Below are positions 1 to 20,910 of a DNA stretch of 64,000 bases, in pieces (positions within the stretch are counted from its first letter, which is position 1; each line of letters begins with the position of its first letter). Below the pieces are notes generated by a model, which saw only the letters and a list, made by a program, of their open reading frames with translations, had not been told where the DNA came from and ran no database searches. This DNA is from the human T2T-CHM13v2.0 reference genome, Homo sapiens, in the NCBI RefSeq assembly GCF_009914755.1, contig NC_060948.1, one strand, 5' to 3'. Position numbers and translations under genes: made by a program.

Positions 1-977
<977 letters not shown>

Positions 978-1550
978 AGATCCATATTTTTTAAATGAAA
1001 AAAAATTTCAAAGGTACTCTGCTTGGTACAATAATCAAATGTATAAACTGAGGAATAAAACATAACCATGAAACCTACTTATAACTGCATATGGAAAATA
1101 CAGAGGATAATTTTTTAAATAACATATTTTGAAAGCCTTAACTAGTAATTTGAAGAGTTGGCATTTGAAAGGCCAGTATGAATATACCTTCAAAGCAGCA
1201 ACACAGGTTCCCCATGAGAAAAAGCAAACACAGGGAAAATAAAAACACAAAGGTTCAATCTCTTCTGACCTTTGAAAGACACAGCACAGACAGTGGTCCT
1301 TAGGACGAAGAGCAGGAGACCCCTAATTCCGTCACCATGGCGATAGGGCATAAACATTGCTGGGTGAGGGCACAATCCACATTGTGAGGTCCAACTGCTG
1401 CCAGGAAGACAGGAGTGCTTTTACATAGACCGAAAGGTCATTGAAGGCTCAGAGTTTTGTTTCAAGAACTGAATCCCAAGCCCACACGTTATTAGGCTGC
1501 GCTTCTTAAAACAAGTTATGAGATGGGAAAAAGGGCACCCACAAACATAC
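978..1550. repeat. HSATI-like segment of DYZ2 unit 1
   Basis: ~570-bp non-Alu segment of moderate GC between the Alu and the AT-rich block. Position and size match the HSATI component of DYZ2. Boundaries are approximate. Confidence 0.8.
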
Positions 1551-3395
<1,845 letters not shown>

Positions 3396-3968
3396 AGATC
3401 CGTATTTTTTAAATGAAAAAAAATTTCAAAGGTACTCTGCTTGGTACAATAATCAAATGTATAAACTGAGGAATAAAACATAACCATGAAACCTACTTAT
3501 AACTGCATATGGAAAATACAGAGGATAATTTTTTAAATAACATATTTTGAAAGCCTTAACTAGTAATTTGAAGAGTTGGCATTTGAAAGGCCAGTATGAA
3601 TATACCTTCAAAGCAGCAACACAGGTTCCCCATGAGAAAAAGCAAACACAGGGAAAATAAAAACACAAAGGTTCAATCTCTTCTGACCTTTGAAAGACAC
3701 AGCACAGACAGTGGTCCTTAGGACGAAGAGCAGGAGACCCCTAATTCCGTCACCATGGCGATAGGGCATAAACATTGCTGGGTGAGGGTACAATCCACAT
3801 TGTGAGGTCCAACTGCTGCCAGGAAGACAGGAGTGCTTTTACATAGACCGAAAGGTCATTGAAGGCTCAGAGTTTTGTTTCAAGAACTGAATCCCAAGCC
3901 CACACGTTATTAGGCTGCGCTTCTTAAAACAAGTTATGAGATGGGAAAAAGGGCACCCACAAACATAC
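3396..3968. repeat. HSATI-like segment, unit 2
   Basis: Copy of 978-1550. Confidence 0.78.
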
Positions 3969-5500
3969 GTATACATTATGTATATAATAATATACGGTAT
4001 CATATATATAATATATATAACCTATGTATAATATTGTTTTACATCCTGCATCTTATGTTATATATATTGTATAAAATATAATAATTGATAATATATAAGT
4101 TTTATAATTATACAATATGACATATAGTATATATTATAATTTATGACATATATAATGTATGTTATATATCATATATAGAGTATATTATACGGTTAATATA
4201 CGTATTAAATATAAATTATACATTATATATATTATATATAATATATCTGTTATATATAATACCCATTATGCATAATATATATATTATGTCTATGTTATAT
4301 ATAGTATAAAACAACATATAATAATATATAATTGTATATATAAAATGCGACATATAATATATATTATATTTTATAACATATGTAATATATATTATATATT
4401 ATATATAATACGTTGTATGTATAATACCTATATTAAATATATATTATATAACTATGTTATTAATTACATGTCACATGTGTTATATATTATATATTTTACA
4501 TAGAATATACCGGTTACATACAATATATACTATGTTACCTATAATGTAAAATTGATTACATGTAAAATAAAGAATGCAATATATTATGTATAATTTATAA
4601 TATACAATATGTGGAATGTGACATATGTAACATATAATATATGATATATGATATACAGTATATGATATATAACATACAATATATGATTCCTAATATATAT
4701 GGTATACAATATATATTTTATGATATGTATTCTATATGTTTTATATTCTGTTATATATAACTATTTGAAATTATATATAACTGTATAATATTTTATGTAA
4801 ATATGTAATATAATATATATAACTATATAATATATTATATATAACTATATATTATGTTATATATACTTTTATAACATAATTTACATAAAATATCATAATA
4901 TAATATATATTATATTATTTCATATTACATAATATATATTACATATCACCCAATATAACTAACATACATAATATTATAATATAGATTATATTATGTTATA
5001 TTAAATATCATATATATCATGTATCATATATTCTATAATAGATAGTACACATTATATAATATGTATGTTGTCTATTATGTGATATATATAACTATATATA
5101 TAATTATATTTTTATACATATAACTAGATAAACATGTAATTCTACATATTTTCATTTATAATATGTAGAATTATATAATCATATATAATTATTTATATTC
5201 TATAAAAAATTTTATCATTATATAAATTATAATATATAAAAATTATAATATGTACTACAAATATATATATTATATATCATATATGATATAGTACCTTTGT
5301 TATATATCATAATACATATAAATGTGTATTATGTTATCTATAATTATATAATTTCATATATAAGGTGTATAATATGTATCATATATTATATATGTTATGT
5401 AATATATATAGTATATATAAGATGACACAGGATAAATATTATATACTATGACATATAAAATATATGAGGTTATATGTTACATATAAGGCATAGCACATAA

Positions 5501-5815
<315 letters not shown>

Positions 5816-6388
5816 AGATCCGTATTTTTTAAATGAAAAAAAATTTCAAAGGTACTCTGCTTGGTACAATAATCAAATGTATAAACTGAGGAATAAAACA
5901 TAACCATGAAACCTACTTATAACTGCATATGGAAAATACAGAGGATAATTTTTTAAATAACATATTTTGAAAGCCTTAACTAGTAATTTGAAGAGTTGGC
6001 ATTTGAAAGGCCAGTATGAATATACCTTCAAAGCAGCAACACAGGTTCCCCATGAGAAAAAGCAAACACAGGGAAAATAAAAACACAAAGGTTCAATCTC
6101 TTCTGACCTTTGAAAGACACAGCACAGACAGTGGTCCTTAGGACGAAGAGCAGGAGACCCCTAATTCCGTCACCATGGCGATAGGGCATAAACATTGCTG
6201 GGTGAGGGCACAATCCACATTGTGAGGTCCAACTGCTGCCAGGAAGACAGGAGTGCTTTTACATAGACCGAAAGGTCATTGAAGGCTCAGAGTTTTGTTT
6301 CAAGAACTGAATCCCAAGCCCACACGTTATTAGGCTGCGCTTCTTAAAACAAGTTATGAGATGGGAAAAAGGGCACCCACAAACATAC
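5816..6388. repeat. HSATI-like segment, unit 3
   Basis: Copy of 978-1550. Confidence 0.78.
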
Positions 6389-7920
6389 GTATACATTATG
6401 TATATAATAATATACGGTATCATATATATAATATATATAACCTATGTATAATATTGTTTTACATCCTGCATCTTATGTTATATATATTGTATAAAATATA
6501 ATAATTGATAATATATAAGTTTTATAATTATACAATATGACATATAGTATATATTATAATTTATGACATATATAATGTATGTTATATATCATATATAGAG
6601 TATATTATACGGTTAATATACGTATTAAATATAAATTATACATTATATATATTATATATAATATATCTGTTATATATAATACCCATTATGCATAATATAT
6701 ATATTATGTCTATGTTATATATAGTATAAAACAACATATAATAATATATAATTGTATATATAAAATGCGACATAGAATATATATTATATTTTATAACATA
6801 TGTAATATATATTATATATTTTATATAATACGTTGTATGTATAATACCTATATTAAATATATATTATATGACTATGTTATTAATTACATGTCACATGTGT
6901 TATATATTATATATTTTACATAGAATATACCGGTTACATACAATATATACTATGTTACCTGTAATGTATAATTGATTACATGTAAAATAAAGAATGCAAT
7001 ATATTATGTAAAATTTATAATATACAATATGTGGAATGTGATATATGTAATATATAATATATGATATATGATATACAGTATATGATATATAACATACAAT
7101 ATATGATTCCTAATATATATGGTATACAATATATATTTTATGATATGTATTCTATATGTTTTATATTCTGTTATATATAACTATTTGAAATTATATATAA
7201 CTGTATAATATTTTATGTAAATATGTAATATAATATATATAACTATATAATATATTATATATAACTATATATTATGTTATGTATACTTTTATAACATAAT
7301 TTACATAAAATATCATAATATAATATATATTATATTATTTCATATTACATAATATATATTACATATCACCCAATATAACTAACATACATAATATTATAAT
7401 ATAGATTATATTATGTTATATTAAATATCATATATATCATGTATCATATATTCTATAATAGATAGTACACATTATATAATATGTATGTTGTCTATTATGT
7501 GATATATATAACTGTATATATAATTATATTTTTATACATATAACTAGATAAACATGTAATTCTACATATTTTCATTTATAATATGTAGAATTATATAATC
7601 ATATATAATTATTTATATTCTATAAAAAATTTTATCATTATATAAATTATAATATATAAAAATTATAATATGTACTACAAATATATATATTATATATCAT
7701 ATATGATATAGTACCTTTGTTATATATCATAATACATATAAATGTGTATTATGTTATCTATAATTATATAATTTCATATATAAGGTGTATAATATGTATC
7801 ATATATTATATATGTTATGTAATATATATAGTATATATAAGATGACACAGGATAAATATTATATACTATGACATATAAAATATATGAGGTTATATGTTAC
7901 ATATAAGGCATAGCACATAA

Positions 7921-8235
<315 letters not shown>

Positions 8236-8808
8236 AGATCCATATTTTTTAAATGAAAAAAAATTTCAAAGGTACTCTGCTTGGTACAATAATCAAATGT
8301 ATAAACTGAGGAATAAAACATAACCATGAAACCTACTTATAACTGCATATGGAAAATACAGAGGATAATTTTTTAAATAACATATTTTGAAAGCCTTAAC
8401 TAGTAATTTGAAGAGTTGGCATTTGAAAGGCCAGTATGAATATACCTTCAAAGCAGCAACACAGGTTCCCCATGAGAAAAAGCAAACACAGGGAAAATAA
8501 AAACACAAAGGTTCAATCTCTTCTGACCTTTGAAAGACACAGCACAGACAGTGGTCCTTAGGACGAAGAGCAGGAGACCCCTAATTCCGTCACCATGGCG
8601 ATAGGGCATAAACATTGCTGGGTGAGGGCACAATCCACATTGTGAGGTCCAACTGCTGCCAGGAAGACAGGAGTGCTTTTACATAGACCGAAAGGTCATT
8701 GAAGGCTCAGAGTTTTGTTTCAAGAACTGAATCCCAAGCCCACACGTTATTAGGCTGCGCTTCTTAAAACAAGTTATGAGATGGGAAAAAGGGCACCCAC
8801 AAACATAC
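8236..8808. repeat. HSATI-like segment, unit 4
   Basis: Copy of 978-1550. Confidence 0.78.
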
Positions 8809-10340
8809 GTATACATTATGTATATAATAATATACAGTATCATATATATAATATATATAACCTATGTATAATATTGTTTTACATCCTGCATCTTATGTTA
8901 TATATATTGTATAAAATATAATAATTGATAATATATAAGTTATATAATTATACAATATGACATATAGTATATATTATAATTTATGACATATATAATATAT
9001 GTTATATATCATATATAGAATATATTATACGGTTAATATACGTATTAAATATAAATTATACCTTATATATATTATATATAATATATCTGTTATATATAAT
9101 ACCCATTATGCATAATATATATATTATGTCTATGTTATATATAGTATAAAACAACATATAATAATATATAATTGTATATATAAAATGCGACATATAATAT
9201 ATATTATATTTTATAACATATGTAATATATATTATATATTATATATAATACGTTGTATGTATAATACCTATATTAAATAGATATTATATGACTATGTTAT
9301 TAATTACATGTCACATGTGTTATATATTATATATTTTACATAGAATATACCGGTTACATACAATATATACTATGTTACCTATAATGTATAATTTATTACA
9401 TGTAAAATAAAGAATGCAATATATTATGTATAATTTATAATATACAATATGTGGAATGTGACATATGTAACATATAATATATGATATATGATATACAGTA
9501 TATGATATATAACATACAATATATGATTCCTAATATATATGGTATACAATATATATTTTATGATATGTATTCTATATGTTTTATATTCTGTTATATATAA
9601 CTATTTGAAATTATATATAACTGTATAATATTTTATGTAAATATGTAATATAATATATATAACTATATAATATATTATATATAACTATATATTATGTTAT
9701 ATATACTTTTATAACATAATTTACATAAAATATCATAATATAATATATATTATATTATTTCATATTACATAATATATATTACATATCACCCAATATAACT
9801 AACATACACAATATTATAATATAGATTATATTATGTTATATTAAATATCATATATATCATGTATCATATATTCTATAATAGATAGTACACATTATATAAT
9901 ATGTATGTTGTCTATTATGTGATATATATAACTATATATATAATTATATTTTTATACATATAACTAGATAAACATGTAATTCTACATATTTTCATTTATA
10001 ATATGTAGAATTATATAATCATATATAATTATTTATATTCTATAAAAAATTTTATCATTATATAAATTATAATATATAAAAATTATAATATGTACTACAA
10101 ATATATATATTATATATCATATATGATATAGTACCTTTGTTATATATCATAATACATATAAATGTGTATTATGTTATCTATAATTATATAATTTCATATA
10201 TAAGGTGTATAATATGTATCATATATTATATATGTTATGTAATATATATAGTATATATAAGATGACACAGGATAAATATTATATACTATGACATATAAAA
10301 TATATGAGGTTATATGTTACATATAAGGCATAGCACATAA

Positions 10341-10655
<315 letters not shown>

Positions 10656-11228
10656 AGATCCGTATTTTTTAAATGAAAAAAAATTTCAAAGGTACTCTGC
10701 TTGGTACAATAATCAAATGTATAAACTGAGGAATAAAACATAACCATGAAACCTACTTATAACTGCATATGGAAAATACAGAGGATAATTTTTTAAATAA
10801 CATATTTTGAAAGCCTTAACTAGTAATTTGAAGAGTTGGCATTTGAAAGGCCAGTATGAATATACCTTCAAAGCAGCAACACAGGTTCCCCATGAGAAAA
10901 AGCAAACACAGGGAAAATAAAAACACAAAGGTTCAATCTCTTCTGACCTTTGAAAGACACAGCACAGACAGTGGTCCTTAGGACGAAGAGCAGGAGACCC
11001 CTAATTCCGTCACCATGGCGATAGGGCATAAACATTGCTGGGTGAGGGCACAATCCACATTGTGAGGTCCAACTGCTGCCAGGAAGACAGGAGTGCTTTT
11101 ACATAGACCGAAAGGTCATTGAAGGCTCAGAGTTTTGTTTCAAGAACTGAATCCCAAGCCCACACGTTATTAGGCTGCGCTTCTTAAAACAAGTTATGAG
11201 ATGGGAAAAAGGGCACCCACAAACATAC
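10656..11228. repeat. HSATI-like segment, unit 5
   Basis: Copy of 978-1550. Confidence 0.78.
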
Positions 11229-12760
11229 GTATACATTATGTATATAATAATATACGGTATCATATATATAATATATATAACCTATGTATAATATTGTTTT
11301 ACATCCTGCATCTTATGTTATATATATTGTATAAAATATAATAATTGATAATATATAAGTTTTATAATTATACAATATGACATATAGTATATATTATAAT
11401 TTATGACATATATAATGTATGTTATATATCATATATAGAGTATATTATACGGTTAATATACGTATTAAATATAAATTATACATTATATATATTATATATA
11501 ATATATCTGTTATATATAATACCCATTATGCATAATATATATATTATGTCTATGTTATATATAGTATAAAACAACATATAATAATATATAATTGTATATA
11601 TAAAATGCGACATAGAATATATATTATATTTTATAACATATGTAATATATATTATATATTTTATATAATACGTTGTATGTATAATACCTATATTAAATAT
11701 ATATTATATGACTATGTTATTAATTACATGTCACATGTGTTATATATTATATATTTTACATAGAATATACCGGTTACATACAATATATACTATGTTACCT
11801 GTAATGTATAATTGATTACATGTAAAATAAAGAATGCAATATATTATGTAAAATTTATAATATACAATATGTGGAATGTGATATATGTAATATATAATAT
11901 ATGATATATGATATACAGTATATGATATATAACATACAATATATGATTCCTAATATATATGGTATACAATATATATTTTATGATATGTATTCTATATGTT
12001 TTATATTCTGTTATATATAACTATTTGAAATTATATATAACTGTATAATATTTTATGTAAATATGTAATATAATATATATAACTATATAATATATTATAT
12101 ATAACTATATATTATGTTATGTATACTTTTATAACATAATTTACATAAAATATCATAATATAATATATATTATATTATTTCATATTACATAATATATATT
12201 ACATATCACCCAATATAACTAACATACATAATATTATAATATAGATTATATTATGTTATATTAAATATCATATATATCATGTATCATATATTCTATAATA
12301 GATAGTACACATTATATAATATGTATGTTGTCTATTATGTGATATATATAACTGTATATATAATTATATTTTTATACATATAACTAGATAAACATGTAAT
12401 TCTACATATTTTCATTTATAATATGTAGAATTATATAATCATATATAATTATTTATATTCTATAAAAAATTTTATCATTATATAAATTATAATATATAAA
12501 AATTATAATATGTACTACAAATATATATATTATATATCATATATGATATAGTACCTTTGTTATATATCATAATACATATAAATGTGTATTATGTTATCTA
12601 TAATTATATAATTTCATATATAAGGTGTATAATATGTATCATATATTATATATGTTATGTAATATATATAGTATATATAAGATGACACAGGATAAATATT
12701 ATATACTATGACATATAAAATATATGAGGTTATATGTTACATATAAGGCATAGCACATAA

Positions 12761-13075
<315 letters not shown>

Positions 13076-13648
13076 AGATCCATATTTTTTAAATGAAAAA
13101 AAATTTCAAAGGTACTCTGCTTGGTACAATAATCAAATGTATAAACTGAGGAATAAAACATAACCATGAAACCTACTTATAACTGCATATGGAAAATACA
13201 GAGGATAATTTTTTAAATAACATATTTTGAAAGCCTTAACTAGTAATTTGAAGAGTTGGCATTTGAAAGGCCAGTATGAATATACCTTCAAAGCAGCAAC
13301 ACAGGTTCCCCATGAGAAAAAGCAAACACAGGGAAAATAAAAACACAAAGGTTCAATCTCTTCTGACCTTTGAAAGACACAGCACAGACAGTGGTCCTTA
13401 GGACGAAGAGCAGGAGACCCCTAATTCCGTCACCATGGCGATAGGGCATAAACATTGCTGGGTGAGGGCACAATCCACATTGTGAGGTCCAACTGCTGCC
13501 AGGAAGACAGGAGTGCTTTTACATAGACCGAAAGGTCATTGAAGGCTCAGAGTTTTGTTTCAAGAACTGAATCCCAAGCCCACACGTTATTAGGCTGCGC
13601 TTCTTAAAACAAGTTATGAGATGGGAAAAAGGGCACCCACAAACATAC
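13076..13648. repeat. HSATI-like segment, unit 6
   Basis: Copy of 978-1550. Confidence 0.78.
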
Positions 13649-15181
13649 GTATACATTATGTATATAATAATATACAGTATCATATATATAATATATATAA
13701 CCTATGTATAATATTGTTTTACATCCTGCATCTTATGTTATATATATTGTATAAAATATAATAATTGATAATATATAAGTTATATAATTATACAATATGA
13801 CATATAGTATATATTATAATTTATGACATATATAATATATGTTATATATCATATATAGAATATATTATACGGTTAATATACGTATTAAATATAAATTATA
13901 CCTTATATATATTATATATAATATATCTGTTATATATAATACCCATTATGCATAATATATATATTATGTCTATGTTATATATAGTATAAAACAACATATA
14001 ATAATATATAATTGTATATATAAAATGCGACATATAATATATATTATATTTTATAACATATGTAATATATATTATATATTATATATAATACGTTGTATGT
14101 ATAATACCTATATTAAATAGATATTATATGACTATGTTATTAATTACATGTCACATGTGTTATATATTATATATTTTACATAGAATATACCGGTTACATA
14201 CAATATATACTATGTTACCTATAATGTATAATTTATTACATGTAAAATAAAGAATGCAATATATTATGTATAATTTATAATATACAATATGTGGAATGTG
14301 ACATATGTAACATATAATATATGATATATGATATACAGTATATGATATATAACATACAATATATGATTCCTAATATATATGGTATACAATATATATTTTA
14401 TGATATGTATTCTATATGTTTTATATTCTGTTATATATAACTATTTGAAATTATATATAACTGTATAATATTTTATGTAAATATGTAATATAATATATAT
14501 AACTATAGAATATATTATATATAACTATATATTATGTTATATATACTTTTATAACATAATTTACATAAAATATCATAATATAATATATATTATATTATTT
14601 CATATTACAAAATATATATTACATATCACCCAATATAACTAACATACATAATATTATAATATAGATTATATTATGTTATATTAAATATCATATATATCAT
14701 GTATCATATATTCTATAATATATATTACACATTATATAATATGTATGTTGTCTATTATGTGATATATATAACTATATATATAATTATATTTTTATACATA
14801 TAACTAGATAAACATGTAATTCTACATATTTTCATTTATAATATGTAGAATTATATAATCATATATAATTATTTATATTCTATAAATATTTTATCATTAT
14901 ATAAATTATAATATATAAAAATTATAATATGTACTACAAATATATATATATTATATATCATATATGATATAGTACCTTTGTTATATATCATAATACATAT
15001 AAATGTGTATTATGTTATCTATAATTATATAATTTCATATATAAGATGTATAATATGTATCATATATTATATATGTTATGTAATATATATAGTATATATA
15101 AGATGACACAGGATAAATATTATATACTATGACATATAAAATATATGAGGTTATATGTTACATATAAGGCATAGCACATAA

Positions 15182-15496
<315 letters not shown>

Positions 15497-16069
15497 AGAT
15501 CCATATTTTTTAAATGAAAAAAAATTTCAAAGGTACTCTGCTTGGTACAATAATCAAATGTATAAACTGAGGAATAAAACATAACCATGAAACCTACTTA
15601 TAACTGCATATGGAAAATACAGAGGATAATTTTTTAAATAACATATTTTGAAAGCCTTAACTAGTAATTTGAAGAGTTGGCATTTGAAAGGCCAGTATGA
15701 ATATACCTTCAAAGCAGCAACACAGGTTCCCCATGAGAAAAAGCAAACACAGGGAAAATAAAAACACAAAGGTTCAATCTCTTCTGACCTTTGAAAGACA
15801 CAGCACAGACAGTGGTCCTTAGGACGAAGAGCAGGAGACCCCTAATTCCGTCACCATGGCGATAGGGCATAAACATTGCTGGGTGAGGGCACAATCCACA
15901 TTGTGAGGTCCAACTGCTGCCAGGAAGACAGGAGTGCTTTTACATAGACCGAAAGGTCATTGAAGGCTCAGAGTTTTGTTTCAAGAACTGAATCCCAAGC
16001 CCACACGTTATTAGGCTGCGCTTCTTAAAACAAGTTATGAGATGGGAAAAAGGGCACCCACAAACATAC
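15497..16069. repeat. HSATI-like segment, unit 7
   Basis: Copy of 978-1550. Confidence 0.78.
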
Positions 16070-17626
16070 GTATACATTATGTATATAATAATATACAGTA
16101 TCATATATATAATATATATAACCTATGTATAATATTGTTTTACATCCTGCATCTTATGTTATATATATTGTATAAAATATAATAATTGATAATATATAAG
16201 TTTTATATTTATAAAATATGACATATAGTATATATTATAATTTATGACATATATAATATATGTTATATATCATATATAGAGTATATTATACGGTTAATAT
16301 ACGTATTAAATATAAATTATACATTATATATATTATATATAATATATCTCTTATATATAATACCCATTATGCATAATATATATATTATGTCTATGTTATA
16401 TATAGTATAAAACAGCATATAATAATATATAATTGTATATATAAAATGCGACATATAATATATATTATATTTTATAACATATGTAATATATATTATATAT
16501 TATATATAATACGTTGTATGTATAATACCTATATTAAATATATATTATATGACTATGTTATTAATTACATGTCACATGTGTTATATATTATATATTTTAC
16601 ATAGAATATACCGGTTACATACAATATATACTATGTTACCTATAATGTATAATTGATTACATGTAAAATAAATAATGCAATATATTATGTATAATTTATA
16701 ATATACAATATGTGGAATGTGACATATGTAACATATAATATATGATATATGATATACAGTATATGATATATAACATACAATATATGATTCCTAATATATA
16801 TGGTATACAATATCTATTTTATGATATGTATTCTATATGTTTTATATTCTGTTATATATAACTATTTGAAATTATATATAACTGTATAATATTTTATGTA
16901 AATATGTAATATAATATATATAACTATATAATATATTATATATAACTATATATTATGTTATATATACTTTTATAACATAATTTACATAAAATATCATAAT
17001 ATAATATATATTATATTATTTCATATTACATAATATATATTACATATCACCCAATATAACTAACATACATAATATTATAATATAGATTATATTATGTTAT
17101 ATTAAATATCATATATATCATGTATCATATATTCTATAATATATATTACACATTATATAATATGTATGTTGTCTATTATGTGATATATATAACTATATAT
17201 ATAATTATATTTTTATACATATAACTAGATAAACATGTAATTCTACATATTTTCATTTATAATATGTAGAATTATATAATCATATATAATTATTTATATT
17301 CTATAAAAAATTTTATCATTATATAAATTATAATATATAAAAATTATAATATGTACTACAAATATATATATATTATATATCATATATGATATAGTACCTT
17401 TGTTATATATCATAATACATATAAATATGTATTATGTTATCTATAATTATATAATTTCATATATAAGATGTATAATATGTATCATATATTATATATGTTA
17501 TGTAATATATATAGTATATATAAGATGACACAGGATAAATATTATATACTATGACATATAAAATATATGAGGTTATATGTTACATATAAGTCATAGCACA
17601 TAACATGTAATATATATCATATATAA

Positions 17627-17918
17627 TTTTTTTTTAGACAGAATCTTGTCCTGTTGCACAGGGTGGGGTACAATGGCGCCATCTTTGCTCACTGCAACTT
17701 CTGCCTCATGGGTCCAAGCGATTGTCCTCCCTCAGCCTCCCAGGTAGCTGGGACTACACCACACTGGGACTACACCAGCTGCCACCATGCCTAGCTAATT
17801 TTTTGGATTTTTAGTAGTGACAGCGTTTCACTGTATTGGCCAGGATGGTCTTGATCTCTTCACCTTGTGATCCCCTTGCCTTGGCCTCCAAATTTGCTGG
17901 GATTACAGGCCTGAGCCA
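17627..17918 (-). mobile_element. Diverged Alu, DYZ2 unit 8
   Basis: Copy of 686-977; private CpG>TpG at 17709. Confidence 0.93.
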
Positions 17919-18490
17919 AGATCCGTATTTTTTAAATGAAAAAAAATTTCAAAGGTACTCTGCTTGGTACAATAATCAAATGTATAAACTGAGGAATAAA
18001 ACATAACCATGAAACCTACTTATAACTGCATATGGAAAATACAGAGGATAATTTTTAAATAACATATTTTGAAAGCCTTAACTAGTAATTTGAAGAGTTG
18101 GCATTTGAAAGGCCAGTATGAATATACCTTCAAAGCAGCAACACAGGTTCCCCATGAGAAAAAGCAAACACAGGGAAAATAAAAACACAAAGGTTCAATC
18201 TCTTCTGACCTTTGAAAGACACAGCACAGACAGTGGTCCTTAGGACGAAGAGCAGGAGACCCCTAATTCCGTCACCATGGCGATAGGGCATAAACATTGC
18301 TGGGTGAGGGCACAATCCACATTGTGAGGTCCAACTGCTGCCAGGAAGACAGGAGTGCTTTTACATAGACCGAAAGGTCATTGAAGGCTCAGAGTTTTGT
18401 TTCAAGAACTGAATCCCAAGCCCACACGTTATTAGGCTGCGCTTCTTAAAACAAGTTATGAGATGGGAAAAAGGGCACCCACAAACATAC
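17919..18490. repeat. HSATI-like segment, unit 8
   Basis: Copy of 978-1550 with a 1-bp deletion (T6>T5) near 18052. Confidence 0.78.
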
Positions 18491-20022
18491 GTATACATTA
18501 TGTATATAATAATATACAGTATCATATATATAATATATATAACCTATGTATAATATTGTTTTACATCCTGCATCTTATGTTATATATATTGTATAAAATA
18601 TAATAATTGATAATATATAAGTTTTATATTTATACAATATGACATATAGTATATATTATAATTTATGACATATATAATATATGTTATATATCATATATAG
18701 AATATATTATACGGTTAATATACGTATTAAATATAAATTATAAATTTTATATATTATATATAATATATCTGTTATATATAATACCCATTATGCATAATAT
18801 ATATATTATGTCTATGTTATATATAGTATAAAACAACATATAATAATATATAATTGTATATATAAAATGCGACATACAATATATATTATATTTTATAACA
18901 TATGTAATATATATTATATATTATATATAATACGTTGTATGTATAATACCTATATTAAATATATATTATATGACTATGTTATTAATTACATGTCACATGT
19001 GTTATATATTATATATTTTACATAGAATATACCGGTTAGATACAATATATACTATGTTACCTATAATGTATAATTTATTACATGTAAAATAAAGAATGCA
19101 ATATATTATGTATAATTTATAATATACAATATGTGGAATGTGACATATGTAACATATAATATATGATATATGATATACAGTATATGATATATAACATACA
19201 ATATATGATTCCTAATATATATGGTATACAATATCTATTTTATGATATGTATTCTATATGTTTTATATTCTGTTATATATAACTATTTGAAATTATATAT
19301 AACTGTATAATATTTTATGTAAATATGTAATATAATATATATAACTATATAATATATTATATATAACTATATATTATGTTATATATACTTTTATAACATA
19401 ATTTACATAAAATATCATAATATAATATATATTATATTATTTCATATTACATAATATATATTACATATCACCCAATATAACTAACATACATAATATTATA
19501 ATATAGATTATATTATGTTATATTAAATATCATATATATCATGTATCATATATTCTATAATATATATTACACATTATATAATATGTATGTTGTCTATTAT
19601 GTGATATATATAACTATATATATAATTATATTTTTATACATATAACTAGATAAACATGTAATTCTACATATTTTCATTTATAATATGTAGAATTATATAA
19701 TCATATATAATTATTTATATTCTATAAAAAATTTTATCATTCTATAAATTATAATATATAAAAATTATCATATGTACTACAAATATATATATTGTATATC
19801 ATATATGATATAGTACCTTTGTTATATATCATAATACATAGAAATGTGTATTATGTTATCTATAATTATATAATTTCATATATAAGATATATAATATGTA
19901 TCATATATTATATATGTTATGTAATATATATAGTATATATAAGATGACACAGGATAAATATTATATACTATGACATATAAAATATATGAGGTTATATGTT
20001 ACATATAAGGCATAGCACATAA

Positions 20023-20337
<315 letters not shown>

Positions 20338-20910
20338 AGATCCGTATTTTTTAAATGAAAAAAAATTTCAAAGGTACTCTGCTTGGTACAATAATCAAAT
20401 GTATAAACTGAGGAATAAAACATAACCATGAAACCTACTTATAACGGCATATGGAAAATACAGAGGATAATTTTTTAAATAACATATTTTGAAAGCCTTA
20501 ACTAGTAATTTGAAGAGCTGGCATTTGAAAGGCCAGTATGAATATACCTTCAAAGCAGCAACACAGGTTCCCCATGAGAAAAAGCAAACACAGGGAAAAT
20601 AAAAACACAAAGGTTCAATCTCTTCTGACCTTTGAAAGACACAGCACAGACAGTGGTCCTTAGGACGAAGAGCAGGAGACCCCTAATTCCGTCACCATGG
20701 CGATAGGGCATAAACATTGCTGGGTGAGGGCACAATCCACATTGTGAGGTCCAACTGCTGCCAGGAAGACAGGAGTGCTTTTACATAGACCGAAAGGTCA
20801 TTGAAGGCTCAGAGTTTTGTTTCAAGAACTGAATCCCAAGCCCACACGTTATTAGGCTGCGCTTCTTAAAACAAGTTATGAGATGGGAAAAAGGGCACCC
20901 ACAAACATAC
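20338..20910. repeat. HSATI-like segment, unit 9
   Basis: Copy of 978-1550 (type A variants). Confidence 0.78.

Noticed and set aside
1035-1375. Recurrent minus-strand 71-aa (or 80-aa) and 61-aa ORFs in almost every unit
   Set aside because: They are short, overlap each other, begin at non-ATG codons (GTG/TTG-type starts shown as M), and have no recognisable domain. Their conservation equals that of the surrounding satellite. The 71-aa frame is broken freely (frameshift ~18052, stop at 39874, stop-loss in type C units). They are useful only as periodicity markers.
1371-1386. CACAAT-CCAC-ATTGTG hairpin in the HSATI segment
   Set aside because: A 6-bp stem is expected by chance, and there is no terminator or structured-RNA context.
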